Assembly (NCBI GenBank): GCA_041556195.1
Contig: JBFFIY010000004.1
Span: 5,646 to 69,645, forward strand
Length of the DNA: 64,000 nt
Direction of reading: 5' to 3'
Origin: Enterobacterales bacterium
GTDB taxonomy: Bacteria; Pseudomonadota; Gammaproteobacteria; Enterobacterales; GCA-002770795
The notes beneath the pieces are model-generated. The model searched no databases. It was not told where the DNA came from and saw nothing but the letters and a program-made list of their open reading frames with translations. Of the stretch, positions 44,426-52,397 are shown piece by piece. The position numbers were made by a program, and so were the translations under genes. Numbering within the stretch: position 1 is the first letter of the stretch; each line of letters starts with the position of its first letter.

Positions 44426-44851
44426 ATGTGGCTCCAAAAAGAAATTCAGCTAAAACCAAAAGCCAGAGGATTTCATCTGCTAACGGATGAGATCTTGCGT
44501 CAGTTACCTGAGTTGAATCAGGTTGAGATCGGGTTACTTCATCTTTTTATCAAACATACCTCTGCTTCCCTGGCAATTAACGAAAATGCAGATCCCACAG
44601 TTAGAACGGATATGGAAAGTCACTTTAATCACATGGTTCCAGAAAATGCGGCATATTACCAACACATCTACGAAGGTGCGGATGATATGCCTGCGCATAT
44701 TAAATCAACCTTAATTGGTTCAAGCCAAACAGTACCTGTGACCAATGGCAGGTTAAATCTGGGTACCTGGCAAGGTATTTATCTGTGTGAGCATCGTGAT
44801 TATGGCGGCGCAAGAACTCTGCTGATAACTCTACAGGGGCAGATCCATTAG
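44426..44851 (+). CDS. yjbQ: YjbQ-family secondary thiamine-phosphate synthase
   Basis: 141 aa. [25 protein letters not shown] and DDMPAHIKS are characteristic of YjbQ/UPF0047. Confidence 0.85.
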   Translation: MWLQKEIQLKPKARGFHLLTDEILRQLPELNQVEIGLLHLFIKHTSASLAINENADPTVRTDMESHFNHMVPENAAYYQHIYEGADDMPAHIKSTLIGSSQTVPVTNGRLNLGTWQGIYLCEHRDYGGARTLLITLQGQIH

Positions 44852-44867
44852 CTGCTTAGGCTGTTGA

Positions 44868-45128
44868 TTCCAATTTGTAGGTCGGGATTTATCCCGACTA
44901 AGTCGCTATTTCATAGCACCAATTTATAACCTATCGAGTTTTAAATTTATTCAGAATGAGGAGTTTGTTGATTTTCGGAATCAAAAAAAGAACGGAACAT
45001 TTTTCTTTAGCTGCTGGTTTTGATGCGTTTACTGATGATTTTAGATTTAATGCCAGGTATGAAATTAAACGAACAGCCTACGAATATTTGTCACCTTCAT
45101 TGTCGGGCTAAAGCCCGACCTACAGGTT
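44868..45128. mobile_element. Small insertion bounded by inverted hairpin repeats and flanked by a ~38-bp direct duplication of the yjbQ 3' end
   Basis: Direct repeats lie at 44831-44867 and 45120-45157 (about 33 of 38 identical, with one indel). The inverted hairpins are tgtag-gtcggga-ttta-tcccgac (44877-44898) and gtcgggc-taaa-gcccgac-ctaca (45102-45124). Confidence 0.6.
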
Positions 45129-45279
45129 GCAGACCCACTAGCTGCTTAAGCTGTTGACAGGTTTAGCGTGGTAACTTTTGGTTGCTGCGGTCTTGAGGTG
45201 AAGAACTTGTTAACCCCAGCTCTGGATAAGATAGGTTATTGAATTATATTAAACAATTCAATTTTTAATCAGGTTTTAG

Positions 45280-46512
45280 CTATGCCCATAGTGCTCCAAA
45301 AGGAACGACTAGCATATTTTCACCGAAGCTGGTTATGTGTTCACCTGAATAAAGTATGATCCCTGTAAAGAGATGCTCTCCAGCCAAAGTGTTTTTGAAC
45401 CATTTTAAATGTTTAAAATCTTTAGCCCCTATATTGGTTCCAGATTTTATCTCAATTCCGATCATTGCTCCGTCTTCACGTTCAATCAGGAAGTCTATTT
45501 CACGTTGTTGACGATCTCTATAGTGGCTTAATGTATATAGGCCATTAGCGGCATCGACCTGAGCAGCTAATTCATTAAAGGCGAAAGTTTCAATTAATTT
45601 GCCCGAGCGATCTGTATCAAAACGGATCCGATCCATGTTCCAGTCCAATAAAGATGTCATCAGGCCGCTATCTGTCATAAATAGCTTGTCTTGTTTTCCC
45701 ACTCGCTGGTAATCGGTTTGCGTCCATGGTTTGACTCGCTCGATTAAATAGAGTGCTTCCAATGCATTGATATAGGCCACTAGAGCTTGTTTTTGAATAG
45801 AAAGGCTACTGCCAATTTGTGAACTGTTCATAAATTTAGATGACCATGCTGCCAGGATCCTGATGAGCTGTTGCATTTGATCAAGTCGATGAATGCGCGT
45901 TATATCTTTCAAATCACGTTCTAAAATTGCATTGATGTAATCTTTATGCCAGCGTTTGCGTTGGCGGCCTTGTAATAATATTGCTTCGGGATAGCCTCCT
46001 GCGATTGCCATTTCAATGAGATCATCTTTACTGTGGTGGGTTGTTGGAGATTTAAGGCTGTTAGAGAAGGCATTTTCAATAAAAAGAGGTGGTGCTTTTT
46101 CTTGTTCGCCTCTACTCAGTGGACGAAGGCGTAGTTTTGTTATTCTTCCTGCAAGAGATTCCTGTACACCTGGCAAAGCTTGTATGTTTGTTGAGCCTGT
46201 CAGCAGATATTGACCGGGTCGAGTATCTTCATCGACCATTTTTTTTATGGCCAGAAGTAAAGCTGGAACTCGCTGGATTTCATCAATAATGAGAGTATTT
46301 TTATTGTGCTTAATAAACCCATGAGGATCATTTTCAGCAGATAATTTGAGAGTCGAGTCATCTAAGGTTCGAAATTCGATATTTTTGTCTACTAACTCTT
46401 TAGCCAGAGTTGTTTTACCACATTGACGGACACCTGAGAGTAACAGTATACGGCGAGTATTCAGAGCTTCTCGAATATTTTGTTTTTGCCATCTAGGATA
46501 TATGTTAAACAT
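45280..46512 (-). CDS. AAA+ ATPase with a C-terminal DUF4143-type PD-(D/E)XK-like domain
   Basis: Walker A SGVRQCGKTT, Walker B LIIDEIQ, and a C-terminal EIDFLIE...GIEIKSG (D...ExK). Confidence 0.75.
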   Translation of the reverse strand: MFNIYPRWQKQNIREALNTRRILLLSGVRQCGKTTLAKELVDKNIEFRTLDDSTLKLSAENDPHGFIKHNKNTLIIDEIQRVPALLLAIKKMVDEDTRPGQYLLTGSTNIQALPGVQESLAGRITKLRLRPLSRGEQEKAPPLFIENAFSNSLKSPTTHHSKDDLIEMAIAGGYPEAILLQGRQRKRWHKDYINAILERDLKDITRIHRLDQMQQLIRILAAWSSKFMNSSQIGSSLSIQKQALVAYINALEALYLIERVKPWTQTDYQRVGKQDKLFMTDSGLMTSLLDWNMDRIRFDTDRSGKLIETFAFNELAAQVDAANGLYTLSHYRDRQQREIDFLIEREDGAMIGIEIKSGTNIGAKDFKHLKWFKNTLAGEHLFTGIILYSGEHITSFGENMLVVPFGALWA

Positions 46513-46553
46513 GGCTTAGTTTGTTCTCCAGTTTCATAATTATTGAAAATTTA

Positions 46554-46714
46554 GGCTAATTGGATGATTTATATTAAGCTAATTGGATGATTTATATTAA
46601 GCTAATTGGATGATTTATATTAAGCTAATTGGGTGATTTATGTCAAGCTGATTGGGTGATTTATGTCAAGCTGATTGGGTGATTTATGTCAAGCTGATTG
46701 GGTGGGTTTAGAGG
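46554..46714. repeat. Head-to-tail array of seven 23-bp repeats (iteron-like), no spacers
   Basis: - Copies 1-3: gctaattggatgatttatattaa.
- Copy 4: gctaattgggtgatttatgtcaa, a hybrid of the two variants.
- Copies 5-6: gctgattgggtgatttatgtcaa.
- Copy 7: degenerate (gctgattgggtgggtttagaggt).
The array starts 42 bp upstream of the AAA+ gene start codon. Confidence 0.9.
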
Positions 46715-46857
46715 TTTTATTTGAACGTATAATGAAAAACTCATCAAGAACAACAAATATGATCGAGTTAAACCTGCTGTATTCAGAGCTGTAGTATTTA
46801 GCTATGGATCTAAACAGGTTAAAATAGGCTTACTATGATTTATGTTAAACAAAATTC

Positions 46858-47838
46858 ATGTTAAACCGTAGAATTTCAGTAGCACCCATGATGGACTGGA
46901 CCGATCGTCATTGTCGTTACTTTCATCGTTTATTAACATCTCAAACTCTGCTTTATACGGAGATGGTGACCTCGGCTGCTATAGTTTTCGGCGATAGTGA
47001 ACGCTTACTAGGTTTCAATAATGAAGAGCATCCTGTGGCATTGCAAATTGGTGGTAGTGATCCTGTGCAGCTGGCCGAAGCATGCAAAATCGTTGAAACC
47101 TTTAATTATGATGAAGTTAATTTAAATGTCGGTTGTCCAAGTGATCGAGTTCAATCGGGCATGTTTGGTGCTTGTTTAATGGCTGAACCAGATAGGGTGG
47201 CCGATTGTGTGGAGGCCATGGCTGAGAATTTATCAGTACCAGTTACAGTAAAAACTCGTATAGGCATTGATGAATTGGATTCTTACCAATTTTTAACTGA
47301 TTTTGTGGGTAAGGTTGCTGCTAAAGGTTGTGAAAGTTTTACAATTCATGCCAGAAAAGCCTGGTTAAAAGGATTGAGTCCTAAGCAAAACCGAGAAGTA
47401 CCCGAACTTAATTATGGGCGTGTTTATCAGCTTAAAAAAGATTTTCCACAGCTGGAAATCATTTTAAACGGTGGTGTGACAACATTGCAGCAGATTCAAA
47501 CACATCTAATGCGGGTTGATGGTGTGATGATAGGTAGAGCTGCATACCAACATCCGATGCTTTTGACCCGGATTGATGAAATGTTTTTTAACTTGCCTGG
47601 CTCATTTGTTTCTGGACATCAAACCATACGCGCCATGTATCCCTATATCGAAGCTCAATTGGCATTAGGTATTAAACTAAGCTCAATCACTCGTCATTTA
47701 CTGGGTTTATTTCAGGGCTGCCCTGGTGCAAAGTTATTTCGGCGCCATTTAAGTGAGCAAGCGCCAAAAGCCGGGGCAGGCATTGAAGTATTAGAGGCGG
47801 CATTAGCAAAAGTGCCTGAGTTGGCTGCTTTATCTTGA
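46858..47838 (+). CDS. dusA: tRNA-dihydrouridine(20/20a) synthase
   Basis: [20 protein letters not shown] and NLNVGCPS are typical of DusA. Confidence 0.9.
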   Translation: MLNRRISVAPMMDWTDRHCRYFHRLLTSQTLLYTEMVTSAAIVFGDSERLLGFNNEEHPVALQIGGSDPVQLAEACKIVETFNYDEVNLNVGCPSDRVQSGMFGACLMAEPDRVADCVEAMAENLSVPVTVKTRIGIDELDSYQFLTDFVGKVAAKGCESFTIHARKAWLKGLSPKQNREVPELNYGRVYQLKKDFPQLEIILNGGVTTLQQIQTHLMRVDGVMIGRAAYQHPMLLTRIDEMFFNLPGSFVSGHQTIRAMYPYIEAQLALGIKLSSITRHLLGLFQGCPGAKLFRRHLSEQAPKAGAGIEVLEAALAKVPELAALS

Positions 47839-47959
47839 AACTCGATTTGTCTATTTGACCAAAAAGTAGTGAATTATTACAGCTAATAAAATTATGCTTT
47901 TGCGGGTTTTCTATTCTATCTGTCTGTTTAATAACAACTAAATCAAATATTTTTAGAAC

Positions 47960-47975
47960 TGGCACAGTTCCTGAA
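47960..47975 (+). promoter_or_regulatory. Sigma54-like promoter candidate upstream of pspA
   Basis: TGGCACagttcCTGA has a perfect -24 element (TGGCAC). The -12 element is imperfect, with GA where GC is expected. It lies about 80 nt upstream of the pspA ATG. Confidence 0.35.
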
Positions 47976-48052
47976 TATTCACCTCTGAGATGAGAAAAAC
48001 ATCATCGGTTTTTCTCTAAATAACGAGTAATTGAATTATTCAGGAGTTCAAA

Positions 48053-48718
48053 ATGGGCATGTTTACACGTTTTAGTGATATATTTAATAGCAATATCAAT
48101 GCGTTACTAGATAAAGCTGAAGAGCCAAAAAAATTATTAAAATTAATGATTGTAGAAATGGAAAGTGCTTTATCTGAAGCCAGAACCAGCGCAGCTTCTC
48201 TTATTGCCAGTAAGAAAACTCTTCAAAGACAAGTTCGTAATCTTAACGAAGAAGCACAGACATGGGCTGCCAGAGCTGAGTTAGCTTTAGAACGTGATAA
48301 GGAAGATTTGGCCAGAGCCGCGCTCAAAGAAAAAAATGACTGTCTGCAAGCGGCTGAAGCAAAGACTAAAGAATTGCACGAACTTGAATTATCTCTCAAT
48401 GGACTTGAATCTGACGTACAAAAACTTCAGAGCAAATTAAACGAAGCCGTAGCCAAACAGCAAAAACTTAACCAACAGTATCAAACTCTGCAAAAGCGCC
48501 AAAATATCCGCCAGATAAGTCATCAAGATCAGTTAGGTAAAACTTTAGCGAAACTGGAAGGTTTTGAAAAAAAGCTGGATCGTCTCGAAGCAGAAGTTGA
48601 ATCATACGACATTGGGCAACAACCTGGGTTGGCTGAGCAAATCGATGGGCTTGTTAAAGACGAAGAGTTAGATGCAGAATTGGATGCATTAAAACAAAAA
48701 ATGAAAAAAGCGAGTTAG
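48053..48718 (+). CDS. pspA: Phage shock protein A (PspA/IM30 family)
   Basis: The N-terminus MGMFTRFSDIFNSNINALLDKAEEPKKLLKLMIVEME and the long coiled coil match PspA. Confidence 0.9.
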   Translation: MGMFTRFSDIFNSNINALLDKAEEPKKLLKLMIVEMESALSEARTSAASLIASKKTLQRQVRNLNEEAQTWAARAELALERDKEDLARAALKEKNDCLQAAEAKTKELHELELSLNGLESDVQKLQSKLNEAVAKQQKLNQQYQTLQKRQNIRQISHQDQLGKTLAKLEGFEKKLDRLEAEVESYDIGQQPGLAEQIDGLVKDEELDAELDALKQKMKKAS

Positions 48719-48780
48719 CACCGAATTTCAGTTTTTATTGGTCAGTGCCAAGCAAAAAGTAAAGTAACAGGAGAATTATT

Positions 48781-48984
48781 ATGAGTCGACGTGCTTTTGG
48801 AACGCAGTACTTTGCAAGAAGACCTGCTAAAGTTTCAGGTGTATGTGCCTATATAGCGCACAGAATGAACTGGGATGTGATAGTGGTACGTGTGGTTACT
48901 CTTATCAGCTTTTTTGTCGCACCTGGAATTAGCCTGTTGTCATATTTTATTTCAGCATGGTTGATCCCATCTGAGGGAAAGTGA
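48781..48984 (+). CDS. PspC-domain membrane protein
   Basis: 67 aa. VSGVCAYIAHRMNWDVIVVRVV followed by a transmembrane segment is a PspC domain. Confidence 0.7.
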   Translation: MSRRAFGTQYFARRPAKVSGVCAYIAHRMNWDVIVVRVVTLISFFVAPGISLLSYFISAWLIPSEGK

Positions 48985-49020
48985 TTTGGTTTAAGACTTG
49001 TTCAGAGTGAATTTGATATA

Positions 49021-49527
49021 ATGAGAAATCATTTTTTCTCGGAAAAGATATCATTGAACTTAAAATTCAAAACTCTGATCAGGTTATTTAGCTTTTTATT
49101 GGTGAACAACTTAACGACCACTTATTTATTGGCAACCGATTTACCTGTGGATGAAGGCATTCAGGCATCGAAACTACAAATTTCTGATGTCTGGATCAGA
49201 GCCATGCCTCCAGGACACATGATGAGTGCTGCTTATTTCAAAGTTCATAACCTTTCATCCGAATCTATTAGTATAATATCCGTTACCTCTGCTGACGCAC
49301 AATCCTGTAATTTCCATCAGACTAAGACTGTTGATGGGATCGTGAAGATGCAGGCATTAGAATCTTTGGAAATTCCCTCACAGGATGTGGTTCAGCTTCA
49401 ACCAGCAGGTATTCATCTGATGCTAATGGGAATAAAAAAGCCTTTGCAGGTAGGAGAAAAAATACCATTGCTGCTACAATTTTCAAATGGGACTAAAATA
49501 GCAGTAGATGCTCAAATACGGCGTTGA
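49021..49527 (+). CDS. Periplasmic copper chaperone PCu(A)C (DUF461)
   Basis: The signature is MPPGHMMSAAYFKVHN ... AGIHLMLMG (the H(M)x10M...HxM copper site). Confidence 0.75.
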   Translation: MRNHFFSEKISLNLKFKTLIRLFSFLLVNNLTTTYLLATDLPVDEGIQASKLQISDVWIRAMPPGHMMSAAYFKVHNLSSESISIISVTSADAQSCNFHQTKTVDGIVKMQALESLEIPSQDVVQLQPAGIHLMLMGIKKPLQVGEKIPLLLQFSNGTKIAVDAQIRR

Positions 49528-49612
49528 TTGTTTGGTTGTATGATTCAAAATTATACACCGCTGATAAAGGGTATAATGTTTCAAATTAATCTATCATGAG
49601 AGAATAAAACGA

Positions 49613-50644
49613 ATGAGTGACCGAGGATTGTCGGATATTGATAAAGATGGTTGGTGGCCCTCACTGGCAATCAAGTTAATTCCTTTAGCTTTAACCATCG
49701 TTGTAATATTTTTATATGGACTCAGTATATATTGGAGCCAGGAACCAGAAATAATGGCTTTGCCTCAGGAAAATGCCTGGAGAGAAAGTGGTGATAATAA
49801 ACAGCTAGTGGTGGGGTACAGTACTGTTGAAGCGCTTATTGTGACCTCAGAAACCTTACTTCACAAAAATGGTGGATTGCTCAGCAATGACGTCATGCCC
49901 CCCAGCGTATTTCAGGACAATATGCCAGCGTGGGAATATGGTGTGATTGTTCAAATCAGGGATATGGCCAGAGTTTTACGCAATGATTTCAGTCGTTCCC
50001 AATCACAATCATCTGAACAGAGTGATCTAAAAGAAGCTGAGCCCAGATTTAATGTCAGCCGAACCAGCTGGGCATTTCCTGAAGCAGAAGATGAGTATGG
50101 AAAAGGCATTAAGGGGTTGAAAGCTTATCAAACTAAATTGGCTAGTAGCGCAGACACACAAAGCCAATTTTATGCACGAGCAGATAATTTGCGAGAATGG
50201 TTAAAAGGGGTAGAAAAACGCTTAGGTAATTTGTCTCAAACCTTGAGCGCCAGTGTTGTTGAAGATCGAGAAAATACTGATTTAGCGGGAGATTCAGCTG
50301 CCAGTCAATCGACTCAGACGGGAAGAAATATCTCCGTTAAAACACCCTGGATGCAAATTGATGATAAATTCTTTGAAGCCAGAGGATCTTGTTGGGCGTT
50401 AATCATACTGCTTAAAGGGATCGAAGTAGATTTTAAGGCTGTATTAGAAAAAAAGAATGCAATGGCGAGCTTAAGACAGATCATACGAGAGCTTGAAGCC
50501 ACACAGGAAACATTGTGGAGCCCAATTATACTCAATGGTTCAGGGTTTGGATTAGTCGCAAACCATTCATTGGTTATGTCATCTTATATTTCCAGAGCCA
50601 ACGCAGCGATAATAGACTTAAGAGACTTGTTGGCCAGAGGTTAG
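49613..50644 (+). CDS. DUF2333-like membrane-anchored protein
   Basis: 343 aa with one N-terminal transmembrane segment. The assignment is from memory of the general shape of the family only. Confidence 0.45.
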   Translation: MSDRGLSDIDKDGWWPSLAIKLIPLALTIVVIFLYGLSIYWSQEPEIMALPQENAWRESGDNKQLVVGYSTVEALIVTSETLLHKNGGLLSNDVMPPSVFQDNMPAWEYGVIVQIRDMARVLRNDFSRSQSQSSEQSDLKEAEPRFNVSRTSWAFPEAEDEYGKGIKGLKAYQTKLASSADTQSQFYARADNLREWLKGVEKRLGNLSQTLSASVVEDRENTDLAGDSAASQSTQTGRNISVKTPWMQIDDKFFEARGSCWALIILLKGIEVDFKAVLEKKNAMASLRQIIRELEATQETLWSPIILNGSGFGLVANHSLVMSSYISRANAAIIDLRDLLARG

Positions 50645-50801
50645 AAAATATTTTTAACTGATTGAATTAAAACAAATAAAAAAATTAAATATGAAAGTTC
50701 TAGAGAAATAGTAGCCTAAATCAGGACTATTAAGTTCACTTTCTCTAACACAAGGTTACATTTGGTTACTTCTATTAGTGTTATGGTTTTACACATGTGT
50801 G

Positions 50802-50821
50802 TATACCCCTAATCATTCATT
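50802..50821. repeat. Truncated (half) copy of the REP-like hairpin repeat
   Basis: tatacccctaatcattcatt then diverges. It ends 17 nt before the ECF sigma ATG. Confidence 0.65.
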
Positions 50822-50838
50822 AATACGAGAGGAAGACA

Positions 50839-51375
50839 ATGGCTAAATCCATAATCGCTGATCCGGTTTTGTTAGAAAAAGCACAATCAGGAGACAGAAA
50901 AGCATTTGATCTACTCTGTCATCCTTATTATGGGCTAATATTTGGTCATTGTTTACAGCGATGTCGAGATGCATCTATGGCTGAAGACTGTACTCAGGAA
51001 ACCTTTTTAAAGGCATGGCGAGCCTTGCCAAGATTTCGAGGTGATAGTAGCCTTGTACACTGGTTACGAGTGATCGCAACTAATGTTGTTAGTAGTAGTT
51101 ATCGTAAAACCAAGGTGTTTTTGCCACTGGAAGAAGCTGATTTCATGATGCAAACGGTCTCCCTTGATCCAGAAGTAGAAATAGATCTGGATAAAGCCAT
51201 GAAAAAATTGCCTCTTGGCGCAAGGAAAGTATTTTGGTTATATTCAATTTTAGGCATGGGTCATAAGGAAATAGCTAAAGCTACAGGTTCAGCTGAAGGA
51301 ACCAGCAAAGCACAACTTCATCGAGCTAGAAAACTGATGTCTGTCTTTTTGAACTTAGAGCCTGTGTCGGTATGA
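50839..51375 (+). CDS. ECF-type sigma-70 family RNA polymerase sigma factor
   Basis: 178 aa. Region 2 is DCTQETFLKAWRALPRFRGDSSLVHWLRVIATN. Region 4 is GHKEIAKATGSAEGTSKAQLHRARKKL-like. Confidence 0.85.
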   Translation: MAKSIIADPVLLEKAQSGDRKAFDLLCHPYYGLIFGHCLQRCRDASMAEDCTQETFLKAWRALPRFRGDSSLVHWLRVIATNVVSSSYRKTKVFLPLEEADFMMQTVSLDPEVEIDLDKAMKKLPLGARKVFWLYSILGMGHKEIAKATGSAEGTSKAQLHRARKLMSVFLNLEPVSV

Positions 51376-51412
51376 TAAAGGTATTATTTATCTACTTCTC
51401 CTGGAGTAATTA

Positions 51413-52291
51413 ATGGAGCAATTATACAAAATTATATTATCTGTGATGATAGCCTCAGCCACAGGTTTTCTCAGTGCGGGTGAGAAAATCAATCAAGGTA
51501 TAGAGCTCACGATGGGCGATCAGGTGCATTTTATTAATGTGCGAGGCAAAGTGAAAATAACTGGTTGGGAGCAATCTAAAATTAATATAGAAGGAACTTT
51601 AGATGATGAAGCCAAGGGACTATTGGTGACTTCAGATAAGGGTAAGGTCAAAATAATTGTTGATATGCCCCATCATTTATCTCCCGCATCAGGTTCAGAT
51701 CTTCAATTGTATATTCCTATGACGAGTAAAGTAATTGCTGAAGGGGTTAGCACTGAATGGCAATTTGATAATCTTGGTAAGTTATTTGTGCATTCGGTTA
51801 CAGGTGACGTACGAGTCACTAATAATCATTCCGATGTTGTTCTTGAAGTAGTAAGTGCAGATGTAGTTATTGATGGAGTAACGGGTAATGCTATGGTTAA
51901 TGGATTAAGTGGCAAAATTGAACTACAAAAAATTATTGGTGAAGTGGTTGCCAGTACTGTTGAAGGAAAACTCCACTTTGTACAGCCTGATATTGGTTTG
52001 GCTCGTCTAAGTAGTGTAAATGGAGAAATAGAAGTTGATGGAACTCTAAAAGATGAGGGTATGCTTGTTGTCAATAGTGTTAATGGCAATGTTTTGCTTA
52101 ATGTTGGAAGTAGTAATAACTTTAGCTGTGAACTAAATGCATTACATGGTGGTCGGATAGAAAACAAACTAGCAGTTGCAGGTAAATCAGAATCAAAACA
52201 AATGGGTTCAAGCTTATCTTTAGCTGTTGGTAAAGGGGATGCTCGAATTGAAGCAACGACAATTTCTGGAACTATTTTTATTCAGAAATAA
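51413..52291 (+). CDS. Secreted DUF4097-like beta-helical ('putative adhesin') protein
   Basis: A signal peptide precedes repetitive G.V.V segments (VTGDVRVTN, VSADVVIDGVTGNAMVNGLSGKIEL, SVNGEIEVDG, SVNGNVLLN). Confidence 0.5.
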   Translation: MEQLYKIILSVMIASATGFLSAGEKINQGIELTMGDQVHFINVRGKVKITGWEQSKINIEGTLDDEAKGLLVTSDKGKVKIIVDMPHHLSPASGSDLQLYIPMTSKVIAEGVSTEWQFDNLGKLFVHSVTGDVRVTNNHSDVVLEVVSADVVIDGVTGNAMVNGLSGKIELQKIIGEVVASTVEGKLHFVQPDIGLARLSSVNGEIEVDGTLKDEGMLVVNSVNGNVLLNVGSSNNFSCELNALHGGRIENKLAVAGKSESKQMGSSLSLAVGKGDARIEATTISGTIFIQK

Positions 52292-52397
52292 ACAGCTCCA
52301 GAAATAATATAAAAAAGAATTAAAAGACCTCTTATTGAGGAAAATAAAAATAGACTTCAATGAATGAAGTTATAGCAATAGTGGTAGGAGTGGTATC

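Noticed and set aside
44956-45111. 51-aa ORF inside the 261-bp insertion (MRSLLIFGIKKRTEHFSLAAGFDAFTDDFRFNARYEIKRTAYEYLSPSLSG)
   Set aside because: It has no SD and its stop codon falls inside the terminal hairpin. I recognise no family. It may be a fragment of a lost gene, but that cannot be supported from the sequence alone.
46554-46714. Possible CRISPR array
   Set aside because: The 23-bp units abut each other with no unique spacers, they drift gradually from one variant to another, and no cas genes are nearby. This is a simple tandem (iteron-like) repeat, not a CRISPR array.
47687-47965. 92-aa minus-strand ORF spanning the dusA 3' end and the pspA upstream region
   Set aside because: It overlaps dusA on the antisense strand and covers the candidate pspA promoter. 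It has no recognisable motif or SD.
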